64,000 bases of DNA, from NCBI GenBank assembly GCA_030704615.1, contig CM060733.1:30814001-30878000 (forward strand), in the 5' to 3' direction. Both the position numbers and the translations under genes were made by a program. Shown piece after piece: positions 63,401 to 64,000 of the stretch. The notes beneath the pieces were generated by a model, which was not told where the DNA came from, did no database searches, and saw nothing but the letters and a program-made list of their open reading frames with translations. Position 1 is the stretch's first letter. Each line of letters begins with the position of its first letter. The DNA comes from Takakia lepidozioides (taxonomy: Eukaryota > Plantae > Bryophyta).

Positions 63401-64000
63401 CGAAACTCTCTGGCGGCCATTACCCTGGCGACGAAACCTCCTTCTCGCTCCTTGTCCAGCACCATGTTCAGCCTACACAGTTGAATAAGAGAAAAACAAA
63501 AGAATGGCTCATTGAAGGAGCAGTAAACCCATGCACTGAGCGATTTCTTGACCATAATGGGCAAGATTTGCTGAGATAACAAAGAACAGAAGGGCTCATA
63601 GCTGCTCAGTTGCGGGTACACGCAGTAATTGCAGTCTGCCTTTACAGAAAAAAGGATGGACCATCTTCTCAGTCCAATGGATCTAAATTGTTAACCACTG
63701 GCAGGTGGGAGTCCTCCTCATTTGAAAGCTGTGCTACATCATAATGCAAGTATTGGGATAAGAGATTGTTTCCCTCCTGAGATCAGGTGAGTTTACCTTC
63801 TTACGTTCTTCTCTTTCCCGTTTGATGTCCACTTGATAGTATATGTGTCCGAGTCCGAGTGATAATCGACCACTTCACATGGAGCCCACATAAAACTGCC
63901 ATCATTGGCATACCATTTGGATCTTGCAAGAGGTCCTGGCTCACCTTTTGCACGTGCCTTTTGGAACACATTTTCAGAAAGAAAAATTCGTTTCCTTGCA
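20708..64000 (-). CDS. Axonemal (single-headed inner-arm, DNAH7/3/12-like) dynein heavy chain, about 48 exons in the window; 5' end lies beyond the window
   Basis: AAA1 [21 protein letters not shown] and [16 protein letters not shown] (48103-48789); AAA2 GYSYGAKT and [28 protein letters not shown]; AAA3 GPTGTGKT; AAA4 [11 protein letters not shown]; stalk/MTBD (30076-32967); [18 protein letters not shown]; [10 protein letters not shown]; C-terminal [15 protein letters not shown]...[11 protein letters not shown]. All intron boundaries checked were GT-AG. Confidence 0.95.
21296..22000 (-). mobile_element. 5'-truncated LINE family B copy (C-terminal CCHC zinc knuckle and 3' end)
   Basis: ORF remnants [12 protein letters not shown]...[17 protein letters not shown] and ...[13 protein letters not shown], followed by GTACAATCT; homologous to 61628-62105. 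Confidence 0.8.
26782..26839 (+). mobile_element. 28-bp LINE family B insertion (26797-26824) with a 15-bp TSD
   Basis: TCTCTACTCTAGTAG (26782-26796) + TACGGCAAACAACGTCTTATGAGTACAA + TCTCTACTCTAGTAG (26825-26839). Confidence 0.85.
28440..28625 (-). mobile_element. LINE family B 3' fragment
   Basis: TAGCCTTGTGGCCATAGACCCCGTGCCCGG...CCAGATATCCTCTAGAAAGCCCTTCACACAAGCATCAA matches 21330-21490. Confidence 0.75.
33045..33330 (-). mobile_element. Stack of LINE family A 3' ends ((CATTT)n tail)
   Basis: About three consecutive GAAATGAAATGGT(G/A)CTTTATA...GGAAAGCTC units in one intron. Confidence 0.75.
34016..34290 (-). mobile_element. Stack of LINE family A 3' ends
   Basis: Four to five GAAAT-tailed terminal units, one extending into the ORF end ([14 protein letters not shown]). 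Confidence 0.75.
34830..35870 (-). mobile_element. Head-to-tail chain of 5'-truncated LINE family A copies
   Basis: Tails at ~34861, ~35124, ~35685 and ~35742; ORF remnants [16 protein letters not shown] and REDRLCPAC...[17 protein letters not shown]...RQSLEH* (C-terminal CCHC, RTEX-like). Confidence 0.85.
37290..38260 (-). mobile_element. Cluster of LINE family A 3' fragments
   Basis: Terminal 60-bp motif at ~37330, ~37592, ~37830 and ~37905, plus a degenerate ORF end at 38005-38230. Confidence 0.75.
39872..40460 (-). mobile_element. Degenerate LINE family B 3' fragment
   Basis: AGAGAATGTACTCATGAGAC...GCCGTAGCCTTGTGGCC; ORF remnant [21 protein letters not shown]. Confidence 0.75.
40686..42040 (-). 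pseudogene. Frameshifted reverse transcriptase fragment of LINE family A
   Basis: [37 protein letters not shown] and [16 protein letters not shown] in shifting frames. Confidence 0.85.
42050..42230 (-). mobile_element. LINE family A tails adjacent to the dynein donor site at 42241
   Basis: AAG(C/T)TCAAAGAGCTTATGGGACAAG occurs twice. Confidence 0.65.
45588..46060 (-). mobile_element. Chain of LINE family A 3' fragments
   Basis: Tails at ~45590, ~45655 and ~45878, with ORF-end remnants. Confidence 0.75.
46312..46437 (-). mobile_element. LINE family B 3' fragment with a 16-bp TSD
   Basis: Flanks GTGGTTGCCCTATAGA (46296-46311) and GTGGTCGCCCTATAGA (46438-46453); the insert begins AATGTACTCATAAGAC. 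Confidence 0.8.
46605..46728. mobile_element. Small inverted-repeat element (MITE-like)
   Basis: Perfect 19-bp inverted repeat CTTTCCATCTACACCCACT (46611-46629) / AGTGGGTGTAGATGGAAAG (46699-46717). Confidence 0.55.
50376..50675 (-). mobile_element. Stack of LINE family A 3' ends
   Basis: Four terminal units, each preceded by GAAAT repeats. Confidence 0.75.
51400..51690 (+). mobile_element. LINE family A 3' fragments in + orientation
   Basis: CCCATAAGCTCTTTGAGCTTT...TATAAAGTACCATTTC occurs three times (the last degenerate). Confidence 0.75.
52266..52337 (-). ncRNA. tRNA-like unit within a TRIM LTR
   Basis: Reverse complement of the 72-nt cloverleaf at 53388-53459. Confidence 0.7.
52523..52802. 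repeat. Degenerate tandem repeat inserted in the TRIM LTR
   Basis: Recurrent GCAAG(C/T)TCTCC, AGTGCTCAATAGT, GCTGGTACA and TTTGCTCTCACAC motifs. Confidence 0.55.
53388..53459 (+). ncRNA. tRNA-like cloverleaf in the 5' LTR (Pol III A/B boxes; non-canonical anticodon arm)
   Basis: Acceptor GGACGGG/CCCGACC+A (one mismatch); D arm GCTC-AGTGGTA-GAGC; CCCCA-CCGGAA-TGGGG; T arm CTAGG-TTCAATC-CCTAG; TTTT at 53471-53474. Confidence 0.75.
53608..53679 (+). ncRNA. tRNA-like cloverleaf in the 3' LTR
   Basis: Identical to 53388-53459 except the loop is CCAGAA. Confidence 0.75.
54765..54835. repeat. ~31-bp tandem duplication
   Basis: TTTCAAAGACA(T/G)TACATCATATGAC(A/T)TTGAT occurs twice, plus a partial third unit. 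Confidence 0.7.
54990..55230 (-). pseudogene. Possible degenerate L1-type zinc-finger fragment
   Basis: Minus-strand remnant ...KHCLWGCE preceded by a Cys-containing segment; weak evidence. Confidence 0.3.
60412..60510 (+). mobile_element. LINE family B 3' end (~48 bp) embedded within a (TC)n microsatellite
   Basis: (CT)14 + GGGGTCGATGGCCACAAGGCTACGGCAAACAACGTCTTATGAGTACAA + (TC)9. Confidence 0.85.
60520..62105 (+). pseudogene. LINE family B ORF2 remnant (RT domain plus C-terminal CCHC), frameshifted
   Basis: [66 protein letters not shown]...[17 protein letters not shown]. Confidence 0.9.
62445..62700 (+). mobile_element. LINE family A 3' fragments in + orientation
   Basis: CCATTTTGTCCCATAAGCTCTATGAGCTTTTCACGGACGTTATAAAGCACCATTTCATTTCATTTC, plus a second partial copy at ~62668. 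Confidence 0.8.

Noticed and set aside
20708-64000. Non-canonical (GC-AG or AT-AC) introns, or pseudogenisation of the dynein
   Set aside because: All boundaries examined could be read as GT-AG, and no in-exon stops were noticed.

Overview
Eukaryotic nuclear DNA, most likely from a seed-free land plant with flagellated sperm: it carries plant PsbP-domain and plastid LeuD genes plus an axonemal dynein. Four protein genes are supported. These are a multi-exon PGAP1/BST1-type GPI inositol-deacylase (+, 2035-12296), an intronless PsbP-domain protein PPD3 (+, 13403-14197), a two-exon isopropylmalate isomerase small subunit (-, 16797-18257), and an inner-arm dynein heavy chain of about 48 exons (-, 20708 to beyond 64000). 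The dynein introns are packed with small retroelements. The most notable is a 365-bp non-autonomous LTR element (TRIM) whose 145-bp LTRs are built around a tRNA-like cloverleaf with Pol III A/B boxes and a T4 run. It is present as one intact copy (53336-53700, TSD GAAGC) and one inverted, interrupted copy (52245-53015, TSD CAGAA). Two LINE families with microsatellite tails, (CATTT)n and (TC)n, also occur many times and appear to insert preferentially into matching microsatellites; one insertion is only 28 bp with a 15-bp TSD. An inverted pair of PIF/Harbinger MITEs lies upstream of LeuD. Exon and repeat boundaries were read by eye and are approximate.
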